NCBI GenBank assembly: GCA_009914755.4
Contig: CP068257.2
Coordinates: forward strand, 26,944,001 to 27,008,000
Length of the DNA stretch: 64,000 bases
Direction of reading: 5' to 3'
Source: the human T2T-CHM13v2.0 reference genome, Homo sapiens
The notes below the pieces were generated by a model. That model did not search any database. It was not told the DNA's origin and worked only from the letters and a program-made list of their open reading frames with translations. Shown in pieces: positions 25,986 to 40,134 of the stretch. The translations under genes were made by a program, and so were the position numbers. The first letter of the stretch is position 1, and each line of letters begins with the position of its first letter.

Positions 25986-26301
25986 ATTGTTATAATTATG
26001 TTCCATTAAAAGTATCTATGATATTTGGACAAAGAAATTGCTATCTTAACCTATTAGTGATTTTCTCAGTGAAATAAATTATTTTTGGCCAACTTGCTAA
26101 AGTGAAATTTTTACTGGGGAAAGTATGACATATTTATTGAACAGCAAGAAATTCTGACCAGAATTCAGTGACCAAAGAAACACATATCAATGAGTAGGAT
26201 AAGGAGAGATTATGGAGGCTTGCAAGAGGTATTCAAATTGGATTACGGGTGGAGGCTTAGTCAATTTTTAATATGAATGATATGGTAAAAACATTGTTTG
26301 A

Positions 26302-26683
<382 letters not shown>

Positions 26684-26759
26684 CTAGGTTTCTGACATCC
26701 AAGATTAGGTTATGTTCACCCAATCCATGCAAATATATGACTCTACTCCTTCACTCTAG

Positions 26760-26945
26760 CCAACAGGTTTAATCTTACTTTTTTCTTCTTTGTCTGCCTT
26801 TGCGATTAAACTGTAAACTTCACGGAGGCAGAAGCTCATTCTGTCTTATTTATTACCATAACCACTATGCATATTACCTGGCACATTGAGAAGTTGCTCA
26901 ATACATAGCTTGAAATAAATGAACGAATAAGTGAATGAAGCTATT
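26760..26945 (+). mobile_element. L2/MIR-type 3' end fragment, copy B' (inverted copy of 25818-25985, about 88% identical)
   Basis: cttctttgtctgcctttgcgattaaactgtaaacttcacggaggcagaagctcattctgtcttatttattaccataaccactatgcatattacctggcacattgagaagttgctcaatacatagcttgaaataaatgaacgaataagtgaatgaagc. Confidence 0.5.
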
Positions 26946-27574
26946 ACACAATATAGACGATGAGATAATAAAGGTTTAAATTAAGATTATGGATACGAAA
27001 AGAGAGGAAGAAATATTGCAAACATTGAAAATTAGATTAGCATGATTTTATATAGAAGATGCAAGAGGGGCTGATACAAAGATATTAACAGTTTGCATCT
27101 GTACAGACCTTGATAATTTACATAGTATTTTCACAAATGACTTAACAATTTTGAACAACTTTGCCCCATGTTTTCCATCCGAAACAAACAAAATTATGTT
27201 GACGATATTGAGGAAATCCAAGACTTGAGCTGCAGGACCATTTGGAGGGATATGTTAAGTTCAGTTGTAGTCACACTGAATTTGAAAATAAGGCAGAATG
27301 TTGAAATGAAAATATCTAGTATTAAATTGAAAATATGGAACACTGACATGAAAGAACAGTTCTGGAGATACAAACTGATTGTCTTTCAGGGCTGAAAAAG
27401 CAAGGAGACACTTTCAACCAAAACCCAAGTCAGTTTAATAATATGTTTTCATTCTCCAATTTTAAAATTTTCACTTTAGGGTATCAATTGCATTTTTTAA
27501 TTTGTATATTCAAGTAAACTAAAAACTCCTATTAGCTTCAAGGCTAATACGTTTTCAACTTCAAAAAAAAAAAA

Positions 27575-30500
27575 AAAAGAAATGCGATACCAGAAAAAAT
27601 GGCTGATAGGAGGTAGGACTAAATTGCAGCTCCCACTCAGATGGACAGAGCAGCATATGGAGACCCACTTCATGAACTTTTGCTCCAAGAACTACTGAGG
27701 AACATAACAGGAAACCCAAGAGAATCCATAGACCCTTTGAAGGAGGTGGATGGCTATTGCAGGCTCTGTGAGACAGCTGAGGAACTGTGAGTTGGCTTGC
27801 TTTCTCAGCTGGGAGGCTTGTAGCCTTGAGTAAGTTCTCAGCCATGCTCGCCGGCTGCCTGGAAATAAATTCAATGCTATTGGCAGGGCACAGTGGGAGT
27901 GACACTGGCCTTTTGGGCTGTGGACTGCATGGGAGCTGGGTGAGGCCTGTGGCTGCCAGCTTTCCCCCACTTTAATGATGACCTGGGTGACTCAACAGGG
28001 GCAGCCATCATCCCCCGGGAAACATAATTCCATTGGCCTGAGAACCACACCCCCATCCCTCACAGCAGCCACAGCAAGCCCTGCCCAAGGAGAGTCTGAC
28101 CTCAGAAATGCCTAAACCTGCTCCCACCTGAACGTCCTCCCTACCCACTCTGGTCGTCAAAGACAAAGGACATAATCTCTTGGGAGCTCTATGGCCCCAC
28201 CCACCACCTGTTCCTTCCTCTACTACCACAGCTGATGCACTCTTGAAAGCACCATCTCCTGGCTGGAGGCCAACCAGCACACGTAACAAAAATACAACCA
28301 AGAACCCTCACAGAATCCACTTCACTCCCCTGCTACCTCCATGGGAGCAGAAGCTAGTATCCATGACTAGGAGACCTGAAGATGGGTCACATCACAGGAC
28401 TCTTTGCCAACACTCCCCAGTACCAGCTTGGAGCACAGTAGCTCTTCTGGGTGGTTAGATCCAAAAAAGAAACAACAATCACTGCAGTTCAGTTCTCAGG
28501 AAGCCCACCCCTAGGGGAAAGAGGAGAGCACCACATCAAGGGAGCACCCTGTGGGAAAAAGAAACTGAACAGCAGCCCTTGAGTCCCAGATCTTCACTCT
28601 GACATAGTCTACCCAAATGAGAAGGAACCAGAAAAACGGTTCTGGTAACACAACAAAACAAGGTTATTTAACATCCCCAAAAGATCACACTAGCTCACCA
28701 GCAATGGATCTAAACCAAGAAGAAACCTCTGAATTGCCAGAAAAAAAAAAAAAAAACAACAGAAGGTTGACTATTAAGCCAATCAAGGAGGCACCAGAGA
28801 AAGGTGAAGTCCAACTTAAAGAAAAAAAAAAAAAAAGATATAGGATATGAATGGAAAAATCTCCAGTGAAACAGATAGCATAAATAAAAAACAATCACAC
28901 TTTCTGGAAATCAAGGACACACTTAGAGAAATGTAAAATGCACTGGAAAGTCTCAGCAATAGAATAGAACAAGGAGAAGAAAGAATTTCAGAGCTCAAAG
29001 ACAGGGCTTTTGAATTAACTCAATCTGACAAAGACAAAAAATTTTTTTAAAGAACAAAGCCTCCAAGAAGTTTCAGATTATGCTAAATGACCAAAACTAA
29101 GAATAATTGGTGTTCCTGAGGGAGAAGAGAAATCTGAAGGTGTGGAAAACATATTTGAGGGAATCATCCAGGAAAACTTCCCCAGCCTTACTGGCGATCT
29201 AGACATCCAAATACAAAAAGCTCAAAGAACACCTGGGAAATTCATCACAAAGAGACCATCACCTAGGCACATGGTCATCAGGTTATTTATAGTCACGACA
29301 AAGGAAAGAATCTTAAGAGCTGTGAGGCAAAAGCATCAGATAACCTATAAAGAAAACCCTGTCTGATTAACAGCAGATTTCACAGCAGAAACTACAGGTT
29401 AGAAGGGATTGGGGTTCTATTTTTAGCTTCCTTAAACAAAACAATTATTAGCCAAGAATTTTGTATCCAGAAAAACTAAATTTTGTAAATGAAGGACAGA
29501 TAGTCTTTTTCAGACAAACAAATGCTGAGAAAATTTCCCACTACCAAGCCAGCACTATAAGAACTGCTAAAAGGAGCTCTAAATCTTCAAACGAATCCTT
29601 GACATACACCAAAATAGAACCTCCCAAAAGCAAAAATTTCACAGGACCTATAAAACAATACAATGAAAAAAAAATAAGATATTCAGGCAACAAATAACAT
29701 GATAATTAGAATAGTATGTCACATCTTAATACTAATGTTGAATGTAAATGGCCTAAATGCTTCATTTAAAAGATGCAGAATGGCAGAATGGATAAGGATT
29801 CACCAACAAAGTGTCATCAAGAGACTCACCTGACACATAAGGACTCACACAAACTTAAGGTAAAGATATAGAAAAAAATATGCCATGCAAATGGACACCA
29901 AAAGAGAGCAGAAGTAGCTATTCTTGTATCAGGCGAAACAAACTTTAAAGCAACAGCAGTTAAAAAAGACAAAGAGAGACATTACGTAATGATAAACGGA
30001 CTAGTCCAACAGAAAAATATCACAATTCTAAATATATATGCACCTAACACTGGAGCTCCCAAAGTTATAAACAATTACTACTAGGCCTAAGAAATGAGAT
30101 AGGCAGCCACACAATAATAGTGTGGGAATTTAATACTCCACTGACAGCACTAGACAGGTCATCAAGATGGAAGTTCAAAAAAGAAACAATGAATTTAAAC
30201 TATACCCTACAACAAAAATGGACTTAACAGATATTTACAGAACATTCTACCCAACAACTGCAGAATTTACATTCTATCCATCAGCATATGGAACATTCCC
30301 CAAGATAGACCATATGATAGGCCACAAAACAAATCTCAACAAATTTAAGAAAATCAAAACTATAGCAAGTACTCTCTCAGACCAAAGTGGAATAAAATTG
30401 GAAATCAACTCCAAAAGGAACTCTCAAAATAATGCAAATACGTGGAAATTAAATAACTTGTTCCTGAATGATCATTGGGTCAATAATGAAATCAAGGTAG

Positions 30501-32225
30501 AATTTAAAATATTCTTTGAACTGAATGATAGTAGTGACATAACCTATCAAAACCTCTTGGATACTGCAACCGATATTACAACTGATACCACAGAAATACA
30601 AAAGATCATTCAAGGCTACTATGGACATCTTTACATGCATAAACTAGAAAACCTAGAGGAGATAGATAAATGCCTAGAAATATACAACCATGCAAGAGTA
30701 AACCAAAAATAAATAGACTCTGAACAGACCAACAACAAGCAGCAAGACTGAAACAGTAATTTAAAATTACCATTTTAAATGGGAGCAGCTCACACCTGTA
30801 ATCCCAGGAGCAGCTCACACCTGTAATCCCAGCACTTTGGGAGGCTGAGGCAGATGGATCACTTGAGGTCAGGAGTTCAAGACCAGCCTGGCCAACATGG
30901 CAAAACCTCATCTCTGCTAAAAATACAAAAATTAGCTGTGCATGGTGGTGGGCACCTGTAGTCCCAGCTACTCAGAATGCTGGGGAAGGGGAATCGCTTG
31001 AACCCAGGAGGGAAGCAGAGGTTGCAGTGAGTGAAGATCGTGCCACTGCACTCCAGTCTGGGAGACAGAGAGAGACACCATCTCAAAAAAAAAAAAAAAA
31101 AAAAAGTTACCAACAAAAAAATTTCAGGACAGACGAATTCACAGCTAAATTCTATCAGACATTCAATTCAAAGAAGAATTGGTACCAATCTTATTGACAC
31201 TATTCCAAAAGATAGTGATAGAGGGAATCCTCCCTAAATCATGCTATGAAGCCAGTAACACCCTAACACCAAAACCAGGAAAGGGCATAACAAGAAAAGG
31301 AAACTACAGACCAACATCCCTGATGAACATAGATGCAAAAATCCTCAAAAAAAAAAAAAAATCTAGCTAGCCAGATCCAACAGCATATCAAAAAGATAAT
31401 CCACCATGATCAAATGGGTTTCATAGCAGGAATGCAGGAATAGTTTAACATCTGCACGTCAATATATGCTATATACCACACAAACAGAATTTAAAACAAA
31501 AATCACATGATCATGTCAATAGATGCAAAAAAAAGCATTTGACAAAATCCAACATCCCTTTATGATTAAAACTTTCAGCAAGATCGGCATACAAGGGACA
31601 TACCTTAAGGTAATAAACACCATCTATGACAAACCCACAGCCAACATTACACTGAATGGGAAAAAGTTGAAAGCATTCTCCCTGAGAACTGGAACAAGGC
31701 AAGGATGCCCACTTTCACCACTTCTATTCAACACAGCACCAGAAGTCCTAGCCAGAGCAATCAGACAAGAGAAAGAAATAAAGGGCTTCCAAATAGGTGA
31801 AAAGGAAGTCAACCTGTCACTGTTTGCTGATGATGACTGTTTACCTACAAACCCCTAAAACCCCTCCAGAAAGCTCCCAGAACTAATAAAAGAATTCAGC
31901 AAAGTTTTCATATACAAAATTAAAGTATACAAATTAGTAGCTCTTCTATATGCCAACAGCAACCAAGCTGAGAATCAAATTAAGAACTCAACCCCTTTTA
32001 CAATAGCTGCAAAAATAAAAAATAAAATACTTGGTAATATACTTAATCAAGGAAGTGAAAGACGTCTACAGGGAAAACTACGAAACACTGATGAAAGACA
32101 TCATAGATGACACAAACATATAGAAACATATCCCATGCTCATAGATGGGTAGAATCAATATTGTGAAAATGACCATACTGCCAAAAGCAATCTACAAATT
32201 TAATGCAATTCAAATGCCCATCAAT
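27575..32225 (+). mobile_element. L1 element (older primate L1, L1PA/L1PB-like) with intact 5'UTR start, decayed ORF1 and ORF2 (EN and part of RT), but 3'-truncated in mid-ORF2; carries a nested Alu
   Basis: 5' end ...atggctgataggaggtaggactaaattgcagctcccactcagatggacagagcagc parallels the L1 5'UTR start (gccaagatggccgaataggaacagctccagtctacagctcccagcgtgagcgacgcagaag). ORF1-like frames: SPKDHTSSPAMDLNQEE (28617..28850), FEGIIQENFPSLTGDLDIQIQKAQRTPGKFITKRPSPRHMVIRL (29142..29366). ORF2 frames: [68 protein letters not shown] (30167..30712), [101 protein letters not shown] (31523..31858). It ends at ...aatttaatgcaattcaaatgcccatcaa (L1 ORF2 region NAIPIKLP). Confidence 0.9.
30781..31105 (+). mobile_element. 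Alu SINE nested in L1 ORF2, with a duplicated 5' 24-bp segment
   Basis: gggagcagctcacacctgtaatcccaggagcagctcacacctgtaatcccagcactttgggaggctgaggcagatggatcacttgaggtcaggagttcaagaccagcctggccaacatggcaaaacc... poly-A (about 24 nt) at 31082-31105. Confidence 0.95.
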
Positions 32226-32246
32226 TAACAAGTGGATGAAGAAATG

Positions 32247-32340
32247 TGATAGATACATAGATAGATAGAAAGATAGATAGATAGATAGATAGACAGATCT
32301 ACAGATAGATAGATACCTAAATATATATATATATTATATA
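32247..32340. repeat. (GATA)n microsatellite followed by (TA)n
   Basis: gatagatacatagatagatagaaagatagatagatagatagatagacagatctacagatagatagatacc...atatatatatat. Confidence 0.9.
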
Positions 32341-32790
32341 CAAAATGAGTGCAAGCTATGTGACTGTACATAATATGTATCTGTATGTATATATAGCACA
32401 GAAACCACAGAGTGGCTTGTATACTGGTGGACCTGAAGTGGTACACATGATCGGGGTGACTTCCAGCAAATTTTGACTCTAGAATCAAGAACTTCTATAT
32501 TTGCTGATACCTCCCTCCATAATGTAACTGTGACTGTACATAGCTTGCACTCATTTTAGCCAGCAGCAAAAAGCTTAGTCAAAATAAAGAAACTTTTCAA
32601 AGTTCAAAGAGAAAAATCAATTAAATAAAATAAAATAGGATACCATCAGAATTCCCACACTATAGATGGGGAAACCATTGTATAGAGAGATTAAATAACT
32701 TTTTCAAATTACCCACCAGCAAAAGTATTTGCCTTGTCTTCTCAGGATCCTCACTATTATGGTAGCCTTCTCTCCTTTCTTTCTGCATAT

Positions 32791-32792
<2 letters not shown>

Positions 32793-32824
<32 letters not shown>

Positions 32825-32831
32825 CCTTAAC
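32793..32831. repeat. Poly(T) tract, about 38 nt
   Basis: Directly visible. ORF 32660..32854 (minus) translates it as poly-K. Confidence 0.9.
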
Positions 32832-34465
32832 CAAAACCAGGACCTATCTAACAATATAATTAATTCACTAAAAAGAGTCAGGCCAAGTCATTTAGCTTAA
32901 TGTGTCACATTTCCAAGATAGCATTTGTATTAAATAAAGACCTTAAGTGTTTTAAAAGAAAAAAAAAGAAATGGAGTTAAACATGTAAGAAATGTCCTCA
33001 AATCTAAGTTGCAGTACTCCTACACTGATGAAGCTTGCTGACTAGGACTTACATTTCCATTGTAAAGCATCATTATAAAAGTGCACTTTCTTCAGGGAAA
33101 AAGATACCCATGACTTTCTCCCACGGGTCAAGTGCAGTGCTATGTTTTCTTCACTGTGGGAATATTTTCTAGAAGCAGCAACAAACCAATGCCTGTCTCT
33201 TGCATACATATTATGAGGCCCTATTGCAGCAATGCATGTCAATTTGAATAAAGTTTATAATTCCTTTCCCTCTCTTTTCCTCCCCCATCTCCATCCAGGA
33301 ATTGAATTTACAATCATGGTGCAATATACAAAACTTTCTAACCATGGTAGGTAATTGAGTGAGAAAAGATGAATTACATATAGTTTACAAAATTAGAACT
33401 ACCTAAGATGTCTATTCTTTTCTGTGAACATATATATCCTTTACACTAGACTGATATTCTTATAATCTGGTGGGTTTTTTTTTAAGTTTCTATGGTACGG
33501 CTTTTAAATTTTTCTTCAACTCTTCACTATGGAGCATAATGTTAGTTAGGATTACTTTTGATAATTCACTCTACTGGTTTTCATACATTAAAAAAAAAAC
33601 ATATTGAAACCTGTCCATCAGACATTTTGCAATTTAACAAAACTTTGAAATAAAAAGCTTTCCAGAAGTTTTCAGAGTGAAAAATATGATCAAATAGTGT
33701 AAGCCAAAGCCAAGATTTCAACTTGAGACTTCGCCATTTTCTTGGACTCTACGGCTATTAAGAAAAACATGGTAGGCAATTTGTAAAACTAAATGACATT
33801 TTTTGGAAGAAAAAGTCCTTATATAAATTAGATTACAGTGACATTTTGCTGACATATGAACCACTAGAATATGGAATTTAATAGATGACATCTGATTCAA
33901 ATCCTATCCAAGAAGTGTGTTACCGGAAGTAGCACAAACGCCTCCACATGGCATATGGCACAGGCTCACCTAGAGAATTCGCTAACACAGCAGCCTCTAA
34001 GGACAGCACAAAAGTGGTTCTCTTTTTGAGTTTCAAAACCCTTCAGAGCATTGAGTGATATTTTTCAATCTTGTAAGCATTGCTTTTTCAGTGAGGCCTT
34101 TTCCCACTCTATATAAAATTCCATAACCCCTTCCTAATCTCTGAACGTTTCTCTGGAATGCATGGTTCAGAATGCCTCTTCTTGTCTACAGGGACAGAAT
34201 TTCTTAACTGCAAAGTAGGAATGTCCCAGCATGGTGAGATACAAGGGTGATATGGGTGGCTTCTCCCTTTCCTCATTTATTAATAAAACTGACTCTTATT
34301 TGTCTGCAAATAAGGGAAGAATTTAATTTCCCACTGCATTCAAATGATTCTTAGAAAGATCTGTAGTTCATGACCCTGAATGAAGCAGGAAGACGCAGGG
34401 AGTAAGATGCTGGAAGGAAGAAAGGAATAAGAAAGAAATACATTCTTCGGGGTTTTACTAGGGTC

Positions 34466-34610
34466 GTCTCTCTCTTTCCCATTTCCTTTCCTCCCTCCTT
34501 CCCCTTTTCCCCCTCCTCCTCTTCCTTCTCTTCCTTCTTCTTTTCCTCTCTCTGTCTCTCTGTCTCTGTCGCTGTCTCTCTCTCTCTCTCTCTTCCCCAC
34601 AAACCCCCAC
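34466..34610. repeat. Long polypyrimidine tract on the plus strand (about 145 nt, nearly pure C/T, with (CT)n and (CTCTGT)n subrepeats)
   Basis: tctctctttcccatttcctttcctccctccttccccttttccccctcctcctcttccttctcttccttcttcttttcctctctctgtctctctgtctctgtcgctgtctctctctctctctctcttcccc. Minus-strand ORFs 34340..34600 and 34351..34668 are E/K/G/R-rich artefacts of translating this tract. Confidence 0.9.
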
Positions 34611-36965
34611 CTCCGAGAATGATAATGAGATTAGACCACAGGACCAGCAGAGAGGAATGTTGAGTCACAGAGCTGGAGTCATAAGCACACCAGCATGAGG
34701 ACCAAAAAGTCAGGAATGAACTGAGCTTTCAGATTCTGCTCATTACAATAAATTCTTGCCAAAAAAATAAAAATAAAAAGTGTAGATTTTATTTCCCTTC
34801 TGGTTATTTCAAAACCAGGAGGAGGGGCACTTTTCTTTGGTCCCTTGTTTAAATCTTGTACTGGAAAACCCAAAGTGAAATCACTAGAACTACAGTCCAT
34901 ATGGTATGGAATGCCATGTTTGTCTGCCTTCCACAAGGCTAGAATTTTATTTGTTAATGCATTATAATTAGGTTCAAAATGGAAAGGCTTAACGATTGCT
35001 TTCATATTTTTAATGCTAGATGTTATACAGGAACTAGTGCAGTGATCTCCAGAGTGGGGTAGATAAATCACAGGAAGTCTAAGATAGCCCACTGAGGTAT
35101 GAAAACAAGTCAAAAGTTATGCTGATTTTTATAACAAGAAGAAAAAAATAATCATAACTAATATTTAAAGTACAAATAATGGCATCTTCACTAGGTCCAT
35201 ATATCAAGTGCCACTCATCATGTTTAGTACATGGGCTCTCCAGAGGGAACATTTTGTAATAAACAGGGGTTGACAGTGGAAGCTTCAGTCACTGATCACT
35301 TTCAGCTTGCAGATCAAATTGTCTAGACATAATTTCTCTAATCCTCAAAAAGTAGCTTTAAAAGATTTTTCAAGGCTGAAGATAGTGCTAATAATATAAG
35401 CAACAAGGAAATGTAGAACTAACTCTTCTGCTTTGGGGAGAGGTTCTTCGCTAATCACATCATGAGATTTTGAAAAACAATGGCAATTTTCATCAGATAT
35501 GACAAGACTTGCCATTGAAACAATAAAAAAATTATTGGAAATATGGACTTATATCCAGCAGTATTGAGAATGAACCGTGCCTAAAATGTATGAGCTAAAG
35601 ATAATTTTTAAAAATTAGTCTTGTTTGAAAAGTTATGAATTTTTATGTAAAGTCTTATTCTAATAAAATATTAGATTTTTAAGAAACTGTAGTTTTTTTA
35701 AATTCTATTACCTGCAAAATTCTCTCTAAAACTTCCCTGACACATGAAAAATTCCTGTGCTGAAATGCTAGCCTACGCCATTGTAGGAAAGCTCAAAATT
35801 ATCAGAAAATTCTTCTTTTAACAAGTTGGATACTGTGTTCTTGTAATTTGTTTTTCTATTTCCTAGTCATTTAAATATTTTCCAGATTGAATATTGCCAG
35901 TTCCTATCCTACAAGTACCATTTGTATACCCTTTGCTATTCTAGTTTCTCATTTGTGGATGGATTCCAGTTTCTCTCTCTCCAACTCAAAAAACTCAACA
36001 CATCACTCAGGATTGGATCTAACCATCGTGGCAGGCAATCAAATAATTGTCATTCTTGCTCAGTTACTTCACTAATATTAAATAAGAAACCATCAGGTAC
36101 CAAGCACTTTTTAAGGCACTGAGGCACAGTGATACAAAGTATATAAAGTCTTGCTATGATAGAGCTTAGGCTCCAGTGAGCTGGCCACAGACAATTAGTT
36201 GGTAAGGGAAAAAAATAAATAAATAAACAAGAAAAATAAGACTTAGACATAGAAGCCAGACAGTGAAGTACAACAAGGCAATAGGTCAGAGAGCGACTTG
36301 GTGGCTAATTTGAATTGGGTGGTCTGGAATAGCCTTGCTGAGGAAGGTTACATGTATATGAAGATCTAGAAGAACCTTCCACACAGAGGCACAGCCAATG
36401 CCAAGGCCCTAAGATGGGAAGCAGTTTAGCATTGAGAAACTGAAGCACATCTGGCAGGGCTGGAGTAGAGGGAGGCAGGGAGAACAGTGCAAAATGAGAC
36501 TGGAGATGCAAACAAGGACCAAATAATGAAAGACCTTGCATGACATGCTAAGATTATGTTATTTTGTGCTGATTTCATACTGAAGTCCCTTAATGGTGTC
36601 AGTATCAAATCTCTCACTGCTTCCCTTTCACACCTCATAAGTACTTACTGCTAATCAGCCAACCATTGCTGTAAGCTCTCAGACTGCCACCTCTAGTCAC
36701 AATACTATGAGTTCTCTCAGCTCTACAAAGCATTGGCCATTGCCGCATGGAGAGATGCATATAAAAGTTGTCTCTTCACAATCCAAACAATCTGCTGATT
36801 CTTCCTACCTTAGCAGCTCATGATATGGCACTTTGTGTTCAGTGCCTGGACAAAATAATATTTCTAAAGGTCATAAATTAAAATTGTAAGCTATTCCTGG
36901 AAACAGCAAAATAAGAATGCTTGATTCATCTCTAATATTATGGTACTTGGTATTCTTGACTGCCT

Positions 36966-37260
36966 TTTTTTTTTTTTTAAGACAGAGTCTCATTCCCGTC
37001 ACCCAGGCTGGAGTGCAGTGGCATGATCATGGCTTACTGCAGCCTCGACTTCCTAGGCTCAGGTGGCCTCCCACCATACCCTCCTGAGTAGCTGGGACTA
37101 CAGGCATATGCCATCAAGCCTGGCTAATTTTTGTACTGTTTGTAAAGATGGAGTTTCACTATGTTGCCCAGGCTGGTCTCAAACCCCTGGGCACAAGTGA
37201 TCCTCTTACCTCAAACTCCCAAAGGGCTGAGGTTACAGGTGTGAGCCACCACGCCCAGCC
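36966..37260 (-). mobile_element. Alu SINE (older, AluJ/S-like), reverse orientation
   Basis: tttttttttttttaagacagagtctcattcccgtcacccaggctggagtgcagtggcatgatcatggcttactgcagcctcgacttcctaggctcag...ggttacaggtgtgagccaccacgcccagcc. Confidence 0.9.
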
Positions 37261-38084
37261 TTGGCTGTTTTAAAGATTAAAAGAATAACAAGACAAACAG
37301 AATCAAGAGCTATCAAAATTAGGATAAGAATTTAAAATTAATAATATGAGTGGTACAATAAGCATATTTAAATTACTTCTCCTTGAAATGCGACTTAAGA
37401 ATTTCAAATCCCTCATAGCTTCTTCCTCTGTGACCTTACTTTTCAAAGTAAAATGTTCAGGTTTTCATGACTTACAACTGTATATTCACAAAAACAAATA
37501 TGTTTTTTGCTTGAACTTACAAAAGGAATTTTCTGGCCTATTTTCTTGTAATTACCATGCACTTAATCTTTGATTAATGGCTCATATGTTGACACATAGT
37601 TCATAGTTTATTTTACACTTCTAAATCATTCTCTACTATAAATAAAAGATTTGTGTCAAAACTACACTTGGAAATTTTATTTTGAATTGATTATTAAAGC
37701 AAAGCTAAGTCCACTAGTAAAATATTGTTGAATCACAGGTGAACCTCATTTAACTGTATATTTTGGATTGATCTCCTTCTTCTTAAAAATTACCATGTAA
37801 ATTGATATCGTTGAAAAACAATTAGAAACAGATTTATAATCTGTCAATGATCCTATACAACACTCTCCTATAACTCATCCTTGCACACATGAACACATAT
37901 CCTAAGGTACTTTTACTTTTTGACAGTACATTGGCACACAGCTCGCTCAATACTAATGATCACTTTTTACACTTATTAGTGTGACTGTGGAAAATTAACA
38001 TTCAAGTTTATATGTAATAATAAACTAACTTTTGATGGAGTATTCCATGTACATTGGTCGTTATGAACTGAATTGTGTCTACTA

Positions 38085-38450
38085 AAAAAATTCATGTAAA
38101 GTCCAACCCCTGGTACCTCACCGTATGACTGTATTTGGAGAGAGGGTCTTTACAAAAGCTATGAAGTTAAAATTAGGTCACTAGGGTAGGCCTTAACTTA
38201 ATATGATTGGTGTACTTATAAGAAAAGGAAGTTTAGACACTGACATGTACAGAGGGAAGATAATATGAAGACACAGGGAGAAGACGGCCATCTACATGCC
38301 AAGGAGAGAAGCCTGGAGTGGATTCTTCCCTCGCAGCCCTCAGAAGGAAACAATCTTGTCAATATCTGGATTTTGAACTCCTAGCATTCAGAGCTTGGAG
38401 ACGATACATGACTATTGTTACAGCAACCCTAGCAAACTAATACACTGGCT
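38085..38450 (+). mobile_element. ERVL-MaLR LTR (MLT1-like)
   Basis: aaagtccaacccctggtacctcaccgtatgactgtatttggagagagggtctttacaaaagctatgaagttaaaattaggtcactagggtaggccttaacttaatatgattggtgtacttataagaaaagg...gacacagggagaagacggccatctacatgccaaggagagaagcc matches the MLT1-type pattern (catatgttgaagccctaacccccaatgtgatggtatttggagatggggcctttgg..gtaattaggtttagatgaggtcatgagggtggggccctcatgatgggattagtgcccttataagaagagacacc..acagcaagaaggcggccatctgcaagccaggaagagagcc). Confidence 0.5.
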
Positions 38451-39205
38451 TATAACAAAGAGTCTGCAAAAATTAGAGACAGCTCATATAATTTTGTGCC
38501 TTATGAGAAGTTATTTTCTGGCAATATATCTTTAAGAGAACATGAAGTAAATACCATAAGGTGACATAAAGGCTTTGAAATAACAAATTAAAGCCAAAGC
38601 AAATTTACTGCCTTTTTGTAAATGGGATTTACTTTCACCAAATCTCATGGTCCTATAAAAGATGACATTTGTGAAGCATTCATTTTACCACCCATTGGCA
38701 CTTCTCACAAAGATACTAAAATAAACTGGTAAAACAGCTCTTAGTCTTTTCTAGGCATTGGCTACCATTAAAATCTTCATTTTATTTCTGCTCTTCTTTA
38801 ACATACCTTCTTTTAGAGTCCTTTAAAAAAATTGTTTGGAGAGACTGCATTTTTGTTACAAAAGGACTGAATAGAAGAACTATTGATTCAGTGCTTTCCT
38901 TTCTTCTCCACTGTCAACAATAATTGATGTTCCTATTGAAGTGATATGGTTTCAATTTGGGTTTGGGTTGCTAAGGACTAAGGATAGCATGCAAATCAAT
39001 AGAAGATTAAGGAACTATTGTTCCCACAAACCATAATCTGAGATAAACACCACATGACTTCGTAAATCTAAGGAAATGTCTCTTAAAACTCTAATGCCAG
39101 GAGATTTTGGGCTGACATGATGGGATTTTCTAAATATACAATCATGTCATCTGCAAACAGAAACAATTTGACTTCCACTCATGCTATTTGAATACCCTTT
39201 ATTTA

Positions 39206-39450
<245 letters not shown>

Positions 39451-39715
39451 TCACAAAATGAGTTAGGGAGGAGTCCCGCTTTTTCTATTTTTTGGAATAG
39501 TTTAAGAAGGAATGGTACTAGCTCCTCTTTGGACCTCTGGTAGAATTTGGCTGTGAATCCGTCTGGTCCTGGGCTTTTTTTGGTTGGTAGGCTATTAATT
39601 ACTGCCTCAATTTTAGAACTTGTTATTGGTCTATTCAGGGATTTGACTTCTTCCTGGTTTAGTCTTGGAGGGTGTATGTGTCCAGGAATTTATCCATTTC
39701 CTCTAGATTTTCTAG

Positions 39716-40134
<419 letters not shown>

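Noticed and set aside
30167-31858. ORFs 30167..30712 (181 aa) and 31523..31858 (111 aa) as genes
   Set aside because: They are clear L1 ORF2 endonuclease and reverse-transcriptase segments (..[24 protein letters not shown].. and ..[30 protein letters not shown]). They are interrupted by stops and an Alu, so they are decayed retrotransposon ORFs.
34340-34668. Minus-strand ORFs encoding E/K/G/R-rich low-complexity peptides
   Set aside because: Artefact of translating the 145-nt polypyrimidine/polypurine tract.
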